Assembly: GCA_039621445.1 (NCBI GenBank)
Contig: CP154954.1
Location: forward strand, 15,209,805 to 15,273,804
From: Euglena gracilis
Taxonomy: Eukaryota
DNA: 64,000 nucleotides
Reading direction: 5' to 3'
Made by a program: the position numbers and the translations under genes. The notes under the pieces are model-generated. The model made no database searches. It saw nothing but the letters and a program-made list of their open reading frames with translations, and was not told the origin of the DNA. Positions 21,731 to 31,949 of this stretch are shown here, in pieces (position 1 is the stretch's first letter; each line of letters starts with the position of its first letter).

Positions 21731-22140
21731 CAGAATTCTTACGCAGTGCAATGGTCAGTGGTTCAAAGCGTTATGCAGGAGTTGGGAATCCAGCCCACCG
21801 TGGATGCCTTCAGTGAGGAGTCCACGGCTCGATTTTGCCGTTGGTGGGGACCTGGGAGTTCCGAGTCGGAGGATGCTTTTTTGCAGCCGTGGGGTTCGGA
21901 GGTTCTGTGGTTGAATCCTCCTTTTGACTTGTTCAACCAAGTGTTGGACAAGGTTGAAAAAGATCATGCACATGCCGTGTTGGTGATGCCTGAGTGGGAG
22001 GACAAGGATTATTTCGTGCGAGCACGGAAAATGGCGGTGAAATCGATGCACTATCCCTGGGGATCCAGCGTTTTTGAGTTGCGGAGCAAGCCATTGCAAC
22101 ATACCCGGTGGCCTGTGTGGTTCATGTTGCTTTGTGGTGA
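21731..22140 (+). CDS. N6-adenine-type (amino) DNA methyltransferase domain (phage Dam / DIRS-MT-like)
   Basis: NSYAV...TVDAFS...EDAFLQPW...LWLNPPF (NPPF at 21914-21925)...VLDKV...AVLVMPEW...RWPVWFMLL. Confidence 0.88.
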
Positions 22141-22479
22141 CCGGGGGCGATGTCCCGTTCATGGAAATTTCGTGGAGGGGGAGGCCCCCCCACCTGTGTC
22201 GGAGCCGGATCCGGCGTTGTTTCGTGCCATGGAAGAGGTCCGGTGTATGAGACTTGTGGCTGAGCCCCGAGTTTCTTTCAAGGTGGCATGGGGGGGGAAG
22301 GGCGAGAGGGTGAGGCAAGACAGTCCTGGGGAGGATTCGGAATCGGATGGTGCGGGTGATGAGGAAACCGAGTGGGAAGTGGCCAAACGTCTATGTGCCG
22401 CACAAGCGCACTCCACACGGTGAAAGGGGCTGTTGAACCGACCGACCCCGCGGAGGGGGTTGAGATCGAGCGGTTTAAA

Positions 22480-23430
22480 AAAGGAGTTATTTGCAGAATT
22501 TGCAGAAACTTCTTTGTCGGGGGTGTGTCCTGTGAATCCCCCCATTCGAGGCCCGTTTGGGGAGGCTGAAATTTGGCTGAGATCGGATGCCCGACCTGTG
22601 AGTGTGCCACCTTTCCGTTTGGCTGGGGAGCGTCGGGAGGCACATGCGAAATTGATTGATGATGTGGTGAAGAGTGGGAAGGTCGAACCTGGACGGGGGG
22701 CGTGGAATACCCCCTCATTCCCTGTGCCCAAGAAACGACCAGGGGAATATCGGTTGGTTCAGGACCTGAGACCACAAAATGCAGCCACATTGAAGGACGG
22801 CCATCCTTTGCCCCTGATTGGTGCCATTTTGGAGCGGCAGGGCAAATTCAAGATGTGGTCGGTTCTCGACCTCACAGATGGATATCACCAAATGCCCATG
22901 AAGCCGGAACACCGGCACATCACGTGCATGTCGACCCCCCGTGGGACCATGCAATGGAAAGTGCAGGTCATGGGTTTGAAAAATGCGGGGGCGCAGTTTC
23001 AGCGCATGATGGAGTGGGTCCTGCGGGACCTGGAGTTCGCCGACCCTTACATAGATGATATTATTGTGGGGTCCACCGGGGATTCGGTGAGCGAACTTCT
23101 GCGGAACCATGCCCGAGATGTCCGGCAGGTTCTGGAGACGCTCCATCAAAACAACCTGGTATGCAGCCCGAAAAAGTCACATTTTTTTATGCGCCAAGTG
23201 GAGTTTTGTGGGCACATACTCCGTGAGGGGACCCGAAGCCCGGCTCCGGGCAAGTTGCTACCCATCCAAGAGTGGCAATTGCCAAAAACCATCACGGAGA
23301 TGCGTGGGTTCCTTGGGCTGTGTAATTATTTCAGTGAATACGTGGATCACTACGCGGAATATGCAGCCCCCCTCATGGAAAAGCTCAAAGTCGGACGGGT
23401 GGAAGGAAAAAAGGGGTCACGGGTTCGGAT
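22480..23430 (+). CDS. Reverse transcriptase of element B
   Basis: FPVPKK..EYRLVQDLRPQN, LDLTDGYHQ, MGLKNAGAQFQRMM, YIDD (23048-23059), VEFCGH and RGFLGLCNYF. Confidence 0.96.
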
Positions 23431-23449
23431 CGAGCGGGCACTCCTCAGA

Positions 23450-23940
23450 CATCCAGGCGTTTGAAAATTTGAAACGGCAGTTGGCAAAGGAGCTCGAACT
23501 CTACCAACTTGACCCGGATAAACCTTTTGTCATGCGGTGTGATGCCAGCGATTTCGCCATTGGTGCGGTCTTGGAACAGGTGCATCCCGAGGAAGATCGC
23601 ACCTCTCGCATTGACATCGGCAAGACCCGTTTGGTGCCTGTGAGTTTCTTTTCACGCAAGTTGACAGGAAGTCAACTGAATTGGACTCCGCGCGAAAAAG
23701 AAACGTACGCGATCGTGGCTGCCTTACGGAAATGGGCAGGCCACATCGGTTTCCAACCCGTGATCGTGGTCACGGATCATCGGTCACTCCAAAATTGGGT
23801 CACGGAGCACGTAGACACACCTTCCGGGCCGAGGGGCCGGAGGGCGCGTTGGCATGAGACCCTGTCCCAGTTTGACTTGGAAATTGTGTATATGCCGGGA
23901 CCCACAAATGTGGTGGCCGATGCGCTGTCCCGGTATGCCT
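23450..23940 (+). CDS. RNase H of element B (frameshifted relative to RT)
   Basis: CDASDFAIGAVLEQ, FFSRKL, EKETYAIV, TDHRSL and NVVADALSR. Confidence 0.95.
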
Positions 23941-24015
23941 ACCCAGCCACATCCGCACGGGAGGATGTGAGTTTTCATGGAAGCGAAACGGCCCGGGAGG
24001 AGGTGAAAAAAATGA

Positions 24016-26214
24016 TTGGGGGGCAGTCCCGGCTGTTTGGTGGTGAGTGGTCCTGGACAAGTTGCCCGTCCTTTGGCTGGACATGTGCATGTAATCACCC
24101 GTTCGGGCCGTGAAGTGGCGCCGAAGGGGGATGAAAGCACAAAGATCCCTGCGGGTGAACCACCTCTGTTGCCTGTGTTGGAGGACCAATGTGCATCCGA
24201 AGTTGGTCTTCCCCGTGGTGGTGTGGTGGGGTCAGATGGGGATCCTGTGATATTGGGTGCATCACAACCGGAGGGTGGGCCTGAGTTGGTTGGTCCGGAT
24301 GGCGAATCTGATTTGGTGCTTGGGCCTGAGTTTTGTGTGAATCCTGACCCGGTGATCGATGCTTCCTGCCCATCGGTGTCGGGGCCTGAGGTAGGCCCGG
24401 CCCCCATGCCGTGGAGTCGGCGTTTTGTGTTCGCCAAGTCGCCTTCACGTGGGGAAAGGGTTGTGGCACGAAAGTCACCCCAGGGGGATTCCCGAGGGCA
24501 TCCCCCACCGGGACCTTCGGCCGATGAGCCGGGATCGCCGGAGGGGGGGGAGGGTGCCGAAGAGGGGTTTGTGATGAAGGATACGGATCCTGGTTGGTGT
24601 GACGACCAGGGGGGGGGATCCGATGAGGATGTGGGACCGTTTCCCTCCGGGGGGAGAGCTTCCCGAGAGAGCACCCCTGATTCGGCAAGGGTGATGGAGG
24701 CCAAGTGGGGGGAAGCGTATGCGGAGTCCCTGTGTTGGGGGGCGGACTGGGAGCTTGCAAATGCCCCCGGACCTGATTGGCCGAAGGGGATCAAAATTTT
24801 TGGGGATAAAATGTATCGAGAGGAGAAGCTGTGTGTCCCTGAAAAATTTGCGCTCCATGTTGTGCGGGCACATCATGAGGCCACGGCCCATGCATCGGGG
24901 AGGCGGTTCACGGCTGAGTTGGCCCGACGGTACGTTTTTCCGCCAGTGGTTGATTTTTGGTCGGTGGCTGATCGGGTCCACCGACAATGTTTGGTTTGCC
25001 AAGCTTGTGAACCACCGACGTTTCCCCTGAAGGATGAAATCCACCTAACACCGGTCCCAGACAGATTTTTTTCAAGTGTCTGTTTGGATGTTTTTTCGAT
25101 GCCGAGTGTCAAGTGGTTGGGACAGCCATACGATTGTTATCTTTTGTGCGTGGATCGGTTGACGGGGTGGATGGTGGCACGGCCCACGACAAAGCTAGGC
25201 CTGACTGGGGAGAGGGCGGCCCACTTGTTGATGGACACAAGTTGGGGAGAGGTGGGGGTGCCCGATGTGATCACAAGTGACCAAGGCCCACAATTCGTGA
25301 GCCAATGGTTTGTCACTTTGTGTGCCCGGTTGGGGGTTCGTGTGGCATACTCCCAGGCTCATCGGCCACAAGCAAATGGAAGGGCCGAAGTGTGCGGTCG
25401 CATTTTGCAACTCGCATTGCGCAAAATGCATTGTGCGGAGGGGATAAATTGGGTCGAGGCCCTCCCACGGGCCTTGAGGTGGCAGCATGACGCGGTGGGG
25501 GATTTCGGTGTCACCCCCTACGAGTTGGTTTTTGGTCGGGAGAGGAGCCTGGCGGGGATCCCTTGGCAACCGGTGCGGGAGTGTGAGGAGGTGGGTAATT
25601 TTTTGGGTCGCATGGAGGCCGTCGATCGGAAGGTGGCGGGTGCCCTGCATGAAGCACACCAAAAAATTCAGGATCGGGTCAACAACAAGAGGAAACCGAA
25701 GGCCCTATTCGAGGATGGGTCTTGGGTTTGGTTGTTGTATCCCAAGAAGGTGGGAGGACGAAAAATTGAGAGGTGGTGGAGGGGCCCTTTCCAGGTGGTG
25801 CAACGGGTGGGGGCGGCGAGTTATCAGGTCCGTACGGAACAAAGCGTGTTGTATGATGTTCATAGGGACCAACTCAAGCCTTGCCTGTGGGACATGGATT
25901 TAGGAGAGTCATACCCGCTTGTGTTCCGTGGTTCCAATCCTGTCGACCAACGGCCGGTGGTGCCCGTGGTCGATCGGGTGTTGTTAGACCATCGCCCTCA
26001 CCCGGTCCACGGGTTTGAGTTTTTGACTCGGTGGACAACCGGGGGGCAAGTTTTTGAGGCATGGGAGCCATCGGACAGTTTTCTGCGTGGCTGTCCCGAC
26101 CCCTGGCTCGCGTATTGCCAAGAGAAGGGACTGGTTTTGGACATCCCCCAAGTGTTCGAATCAGTTGCCCGAACCCATGATTTCCCGTCCAATTCCCCCG
26201 AGGTGGAGGAGTGA
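24016..26214 (+). CDS. Tether, integrase and degenerate chromodomain of element B
   Basis: VITRSG tether. HHEATAH...CLVCQAC, CLDVF, SDQGPQF, NGRAE and WRGPFQV. C-terminal VDRVL.DHR...FEFLTRW...EAWEP. Confidence 0.93.
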   Translation: MGGSPGCLVVSGPGQVARPLAGHVHVITRSGREVAPKGDESTKIPAGEPPLLPVLEDQCASEVGLPRGGVVGSDGDPVILGASQPEGGPELVGPDGESDLVLGPEFCVNPDPVIDASCPSVSGPEVGPAPMPWSRRFVFAKSPSRGERVVARKSPQGDSRGHPPPGPSADEPGSPEGGEGAEEGFVMKDTDPGWCDDQGGGSDEDVGPFPSGGRASRESTPDSARVMEAKWGEAYAESLCWGADWELANAPGPDWPKGIKIFGDKMYREEKLCVPEKFALHVVRAHHEATAHASGRRFTAELARRYVFPPVVDFWSVADRVHRQCLVCQACEPPTFPLKDEIHLTPVPDRFFSSVCLDVFSMPSVKWLGQPYDCYLLCVDRLTGWMVARPTTKLGLTGERAAHLLMDTSWGEVGVPDVITSDQGPQFVSQWFVTLCARLGVRVAYSQAHRPQANGRAEVCGRILQLALRKMHCAEGINWVEALPRALRWQHDAVGDFGVTPYELVFGRERSLAGIPWQPVRECEEVGNFLGRMEAVDRKVAGALHEAHQKIQDRVNNKRKPKALFEDGSWVWLLYPKKVGGRKIERWWRGPFQVVQRVGAASYQVRTEQSVLYDVHRDQLKPCLWDMDLGESYPLVFRGSNPVDQRPVVPVVDRVLLDHRPHPVHGFEFLTRWTTGGQVFEAWEPSDSFLRGCPDPWLAYCQEKGLVLDIPQVFESVARTHDFPSNSPEVEE

Positions 26215-26600
26215 TCCCCCGGGGGGGGGGGAGTCATGATCATTTGCCCCCTAAAAAAAAAAAAAAAAAACTCCGGAGCCCCCTGTAGGATTTTCGCCCC
26301 TTGGGAGAGCATGCCCCTGCGCCCCCTGATGGGGGGGGGCAGGCGATTTGTCTCCGGGGGGAAATGTGCCCCGGGGGGGGGGGGCAGGATTTTTGTCTCC
26401 GGGGGGAAATGTGCCCCCGGGGGGGGGGGCAGGATTTTCGCCCCTTGGGGGGGAGTTTGCCCCCGTGCCCCCGAGGAGGGGGGGGGGGCAGGATTTTCAC
26501 CCCTGGGGGGAACACATTTTTCACCTCCGGGGAAGGGGGGGGCACGGTGTATGCCCCTGAGTGCCCCGGGGGGGGGGGCGTTTCCTCGATGGGGAAATGC
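26215..26600 (+). repeat. GC-rich ~45-bp degenerate tandem repeat in the 3' region of element B
   Basis: Repeated GGGGGGGCAGGATTTT(C/T)G(C/T)C(C/T)CC..GGGGGG...TGTGCCCCC units. Confidence 0.75.
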
Positions 26601-27020
26601 GCCCCGAGCCCCGGCAAATCCATCCTTGCCGTGTTGGTGGCAGGTGTATAACCTGGATCGTGTGCAAGCGGTGCCACCTGTTGGTGGAGGAGGTGGACCG
26701 GCCGGCCGCCGTGGACCGAGCCGCGGCCGTAGACCGAGCGGCCGCCGCGGACCGGGCTGCTGCTGCTGACCGGATACTTGAAGAGTACCCTGGTTTTCGC
26801 CCGGGCTTCGTTGGGTGAGGCCGAGGCGAACGGGTGACCTGGGTGAAGGGTGGCAAGGGTTTGGAGTGTTGGCCGACGGGTGAGGCCGGTCAAAAAAAAA
26901 AAAATTTTTTTTTCCCCTTTTGCCGGTTGGTGAGGGAGTGAGGAGTATCGATGGTATGGGTTTCCGGACCCCGCCTCCCTTTGGTCGGTGAAGGGTTGAA
27001 GTTTCTGGGAGAAACTTTTT

Positions 27021-27030
27021 GAGTAGGGGG
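27021..27030 (+). promoter_or_regulatory. Polypurine tract of element B
   Basis: GAGTAGGGGG directly before the 3' LTR, preceded by a T run. Confidence 0.75.
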
Positions 27031-28362
27031 TGTGGGGGGGTCCGGGAAACCCACATGCGCCCGGAGTGCGGCCCCATTGATGGGGAAAGATACTCGCCGG
27101 CGACGCTTTGCGTACTGTGGTATGTTTTTGTTGTTGTTCTTCCCCTGGACAGCTTGACCTGTTGGGTTGTATGCCAAGGGAAGGTTTGCCTGGCGTGAAT
27201 GTGGGTTGGATCACCAGGAGTTGTTCCCGTCGAGCGCCTGAGGGAAGGGCGTCCGGGGGGGGGGGGGGCACGGGTGGAGTCCATGAAGGCCTGGGAGGAG
27301 GCCCTTGTTGCCCCCAAGCCCTAATGGCGTGAAGTGTGTGGGATTATCCCTTGGGTGAGGATGAGGGAGGCAGATGTCATGTTGTTGCCCATAGTATATG
27401 TGGATGGATTCATTGAGTTCGTAGGGGATGGAAGAGAGCGTGGAGCGTGGGGGGTGGTGGGGGGAAGGTTGGGAAGGGAGAAGGCCCTAGGGGATGCGAA
27501 GCGCGTCTGGATGGGCTCCTTTCCTAACCAGTGGGGTATCCTTAATTTTGACTTCCAATTCCAAGGTCCAAATGTAGGAAGGTGAAGGAATGCATTTGGA
27601 GAGGGGGGAGAGTGGCAGAAGTGCATTGGGCATCTCCCCATGGATTGGAAGGCGGTTGGAGAAAAAAAGGATTTTTTCCCCCCATTGTTGGCAAGTGGTG
27701 TTCCTTTGATTTCTTTCCCACAGTGGGTTTCCCATTTACCATTGTTTTTGTTTATCTATTTGGCTGAGTTTGATTCACCATTGGCTGAGTTTGATTCATT
27801 ATTGGCTGCGAGTTTGATTCATTGTCATTGGTCAAAGTCATTGTCATTGGTCAAGACAAGACAATCGACAAAGCGGAAGTTGAAGTTTGCCTAAGGGGAA
27901 GACCGAACACCACCTCGAACCTTGAACCTTTCGTCCGTCCCCTCCCCCAAGGTATTGTGCCTAATTTTTTACAAAGGAAAAAAGGGGATATAGAATTTGG
28001 AAAGCGCAAGGATTTTCAGTCAATTTTACTGAAAATTTTACTGAAAATGTCCTCTTTTTCAGATGTGGAGAGGCAAGGGTTGGAGCCGGGGAAGGGGGGG
28101 GTATGGGGCCCCGCCCCCTTACGTTGCACAAGCAAGGGAGTGGCAAGCGGCCCAAGACCGAGAAAGGGCGAGGGTGCAAAGGATAGTGACCCAGGTATGT
28201 TTGGGGATATGCAAGGGGGGGTATGCATGAAGCCCGAAGGGAATCGTGTTTCTGTTGGATCCCCTGAAACTGCGGAGGGAAATAAAGATCCTACGCCGCC
28301 GGAGGCCCATCCCGGGGTCCCCCTCGCGGGGGCGGACACGGGGTGGGCGTCCCGCGTTAACA
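27031..28362 (+). repeat. 3' LTR of element B
   Basis: Starts TGTGGGGGGGTCCGGGAAAC and ends CCCGCGTTAACA. Only a handful of differences from the 5' LTR. Confidence 0.95.
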
Positions 28363-31300
28363 CTTGCACGTCCCTTGCCCAACACCCCACACTTACCTTC
28401 CTCTCACTGCGGCCCTCCCGCCGGCTTGGTCACACCAGACCCACACCCCCCGGCACCTCCTCCCCGCACTTTAACAAACAGCCCACAAACATCACACCAG
28501 GGCGCCGCAAGCAAAGCAGTCCGGCAAACACCCAGGACGCACACCGCCGGCAGCTCGGATACATCCGGGGACACAGCCGAAAGGAGCAACAGGGTCAGTA
28601 AAGGTCCCGTTCCTATGGTGCTTTTTTGCGTTTTTTTCAGTGTGAGCCGGCAGGGTCCCGGGGGTTTGGGCCCACAAAAACCTTTCCGACACACCCCCAA
28701 AATCACTGTTTTTGGCCAAAATCCCGGGGGTCACACCGCCAAAACCAAAAAATCCCTGCGTTTTTGCCCTTGCTTGTCTACATGTTTTTAAACCCCCGGA
28801 CCTTCGCCGCCGGAATCAAAAAACTCGGGGGTTTGCGCAAATGCGCAAATCAAACGAAAAAGCTTAAGTGCGAATTAGGCCGTCTAAGTCATTCACGCAT
28901 GGAGATACTCCCTGGGGCCTGATTAACAGAGGCACACCGTGCCCCAAGCACGCAAGATGCACACCAGCGCTTAAAGTATGATCATTGTGACACTCCGAGA
29001 AAATGCTTTCCCTCCCGTTTCTCCGCGCAAGGTTACTGCCTAACCTCAGAATATGGCTGAGATCTATCCAACCAATCACCCTCTCCAGAGTATCCAGGGC
29101 TGAAGAAAAAAAACTCTGGCACCAAACCTGGGGGCTGCAAGCAAGAGACGGGTGCAATGATTTGTGTGTTGCCACGGCAGCCAGTGATGGGGGGGCATGG
29201 GTCAGTATGCCACACGATGCGCAGGGCTCATGCTGGGACAACAACGAGGATGGGGAACGGGAAGCCGGGCTGGGTGAGAGCTGTGAGGGAGGTCATGGGG
29301 GAAAGGCGGCGCTCCATCAACGGAACAGAACAAACGGTCGACAGGAGCGCAGGGCTGTATGGGTCTGTGGATCAATACAGGTCGGTGGCTGAGTGATGGC
29401 CATGCGCCTTTAGACAACTCCAGTTACCCCACATTTCCACCCAACCCACCGTCCTCCCCTCCCCCGGATCAGTGGGCCACGTTGGTCCCCACAGGCCAGG
29501 GAACCAACGTCAGGAGGGCCACGTTGACTACAACAGCGCGGGGGGGGGGGGGGACGCGTGCTGCCAAGCCAAATGGCTTAAAAAGAGGGGCATCTCGGGG
29601 GGGGGGCAGAGCGTCACTTAGCGACCCCCCAAGGGGGGGGTCCAGCTGAAAGGCGTATCTGCATGTTTTTTTTCTTTCTTTGCAAATAATTGTGTTGCTT
29701 GGGTCTCCCCATTTCCTAGTTTTTCCTGTTCAATACCCCCCCCGGCTCATTGCCCCCCCCCTCCCAGCTGTTGGAGTGAACTTGCCCCCCCCCCGCCCCA
29801 GATGGCTCCCAGCCAGGGCGTCGCTTTAGCTGAAGGGGGTGTCCAGCCAGCCAGCCAGCAGCCTTTTCCAGTTCCGGAACCCACACCATCGACAAGTGGT
29901 ATTGAACGGATTTTTTGGCTTTTGGGGACGCAAAAAAATGGGTCGAAAATGGGCCAAATGGGTTGGAAAATGGCTGACGAGGCAGATTTTGGCTCGACAA
30001 TTGATTTGTTGCGGTATTGCCAGTCTTTTAATTTTTTTTGAATGGCAGTGCCGATCTTTTTGATACCCAGTTCGACCTGTGGTCGGCCTGGTTCCAGCCG
30101 GGGGTCAGCCAGCAGCCTGTTTCTCAAGTCAACCCAAATGAACCAAAAACCCAAATGAACGCAAGACGCTCAGAATTGCAAACTCAATGTAATGCGCCCA
30201 GGAGGGAAAAAAATGAGGCAAAAAAATTGTGGTCTTGGGTGCATTCTGAATAATGCGCATTCTTTGGTTTTCAGAATTTCAGAACGGCCAAAAAACTGGC
30301 AAAAAAATGAATGAAGCCTCGGGAAACAATTTTTGAGCCAAGTGCAAGAATGACAAATGCCGGGGGTCTGTGGACAATACACAGCCCTGGGGATCGGGGT
30401 ACAGGGAGGGGCCACAGGGGTCAAGCCGGCGACGACAAGGTCGATGCAGCAGCACCAGCAGGGGCAGAGGCACGGGGTGGTGGGTGGTGAGACTAGGGGT
30501 GGCGGGGCAGGGCGGAAGGCAGCAGAGGAGGTTGGGATCCAGCCCCCCCCCATCCACCCCCCCCCAGGGCGTCCCTCAACGGCAGGGACAAAATGAAAAA
30601 AACACGCACACGTTGTTTTGTAGGCTTTGGAACATTCTGAACAATGTGCATTTTTGGTCAAAAATTTCAGGATGCCCAAAAAACTGGCAAAAATGGCAAT
30701 AATCCAAATAATTAATAATTAATTAAATTATTAATTATTCGAAAAAATAATTTATAATTAGAATTCGGAAGTCAGAATAGTTAGAGTTCGGGAAAATGGC
30801 ATCCCGGACACCACCATCCCTGTGGCTTCTCGCCTACCTACCCCCCCCCAAAACCATCAAACTCTCCAAACGGGCATTATCCCCCAACTGTCACCGACAG
30901 GTCAACCTCTCCTGGAGGGGGGGGAGGGGTAGTGGAACTCCCCTCCACCTCCCCTTGGAAGGGCTGGCCTGCACTGGACCCAAATAACATGATGGTTTTG
31001 CATGGTTCGGGGGGGGGGGGGGTGGCTGCACTGCAAGAGGGATATCAGCATCTGTGGAGCGGTTTTCAAAGGACGGGTCCAAACCAAAATGTCATAAGAA
31101 TTCCATCCAAATGAGGCGGCGGCTGCCCAGTAAAACCAACGGAGTGAACGTGTGGCCTGTGTGGTGGTTCCGCTCCGGCTGGGGTTATCCCAGCCCGGTC
31201 GTGGACCACTGCACACCACAGAGGCGGTCTGCACAACACCGCCGATGCCACAGGCAACGTTTGAAAAAAACCAAAACACCCAAAAGCTCACAGCAGGACA

Positions 31301-31549
31301 CATGAATCATAGCAAACACAGCAGACACAGCACAGGCAGGCACAGACAAAGAATAAGCGAGGTTTAAAAGGACCAAAAAGGGTTGGGATTTTTGGCGGAT
31401 GTGGGATTTGTTTTCCTTTTCCAAGGTCGATTGAAATAGAAATGTGTCCTTTGCTTGCTTCCCAAGCCTTCAGCCTTGTGGCCAATTCAATAGATTGATG
31501 TTGGACCATTTTCTCAAATATCTAGGAACTTGGTCAAAAAAAATTCACC

Positions 31550-31949
31550 TAACCCCCCCCCGGCAAATACAACCCCTCCCCCCTCAATTTCAAGTCACTG
31601 GGGGTCTTGAAATTCTGCCCAAATATAACCCCCCCCACCCAGCCAAACGCTGACAGCACGCGTGAGGGGCGCGAGACAGGAAAAATGCCAACAATTTGAT
31701 CATCTCGTGGCAGATTTAGGTCATGATTCTGACACTTTTTGTCAAAAAAATGGTCATGGGCTGGAATTTTGCCTAAAAGTTGTGAAATTTGGCCAAAATT
31801 TGGGCAAAATTGTAAATACGCTTTTTGGTTACGGAAGGTTGCTTTTCCCTCCCAAATATAAAAAACCCAAATATACCCCCCCTCATGGTCTTGAAATTTC
31901 CGCCCAAATTAAACGTCGGGGGCGTTTTGCATTTTAGGGGGGGGGGTTA
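31550..31949. mobile_element. MITE-like element
   Basis: Ends TAACCCCCCCC / GGGGGGGGGTTA, with internal repeats of AAATATA(A)CCCCCCC and GGTCTTGAAATT. Confidence 0.45.

Larger units (their letters stand above)
13773..28362 (+). mobile_element. Ty3/Gypsy (chromovirus-like) LTR retrotransposon, element B, young, with a dual DNA methyltransferase cassette
   Basis: Near-identical LTRs 13773-15093 and 27031-28362 (TG...CA). 4-bp TSD CTTG at 13769-13772 and 28363-28366. PBS and PPT present. Domain order gag-PR-C5MT-N6MT-RT-RH-IN-chromo. Confidence 0.96.

Noticed and set aside
20866-22140. Bacterial restriction-modification locus or contaminant
   Set aside because: The MTases are fused within a retrotransposon pol bounded by LTRs and a TSD; no endonuclease was seen; and a second element repeats the cassette.
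13773-28362. DIRS (tyrosine recombinase) classification because of the NPPF MTase
   Set aside because: Direct TG...CA LTRs, a TSD, an aspartic protease and a DDE integrase are present; no tyrosine recombinase was seen.
27822-28601. 259-aa ORF as an independent gene
   Set aside because: It is the 3' LTR copy of the frame that opens at 14553, running out into flanking DNA.
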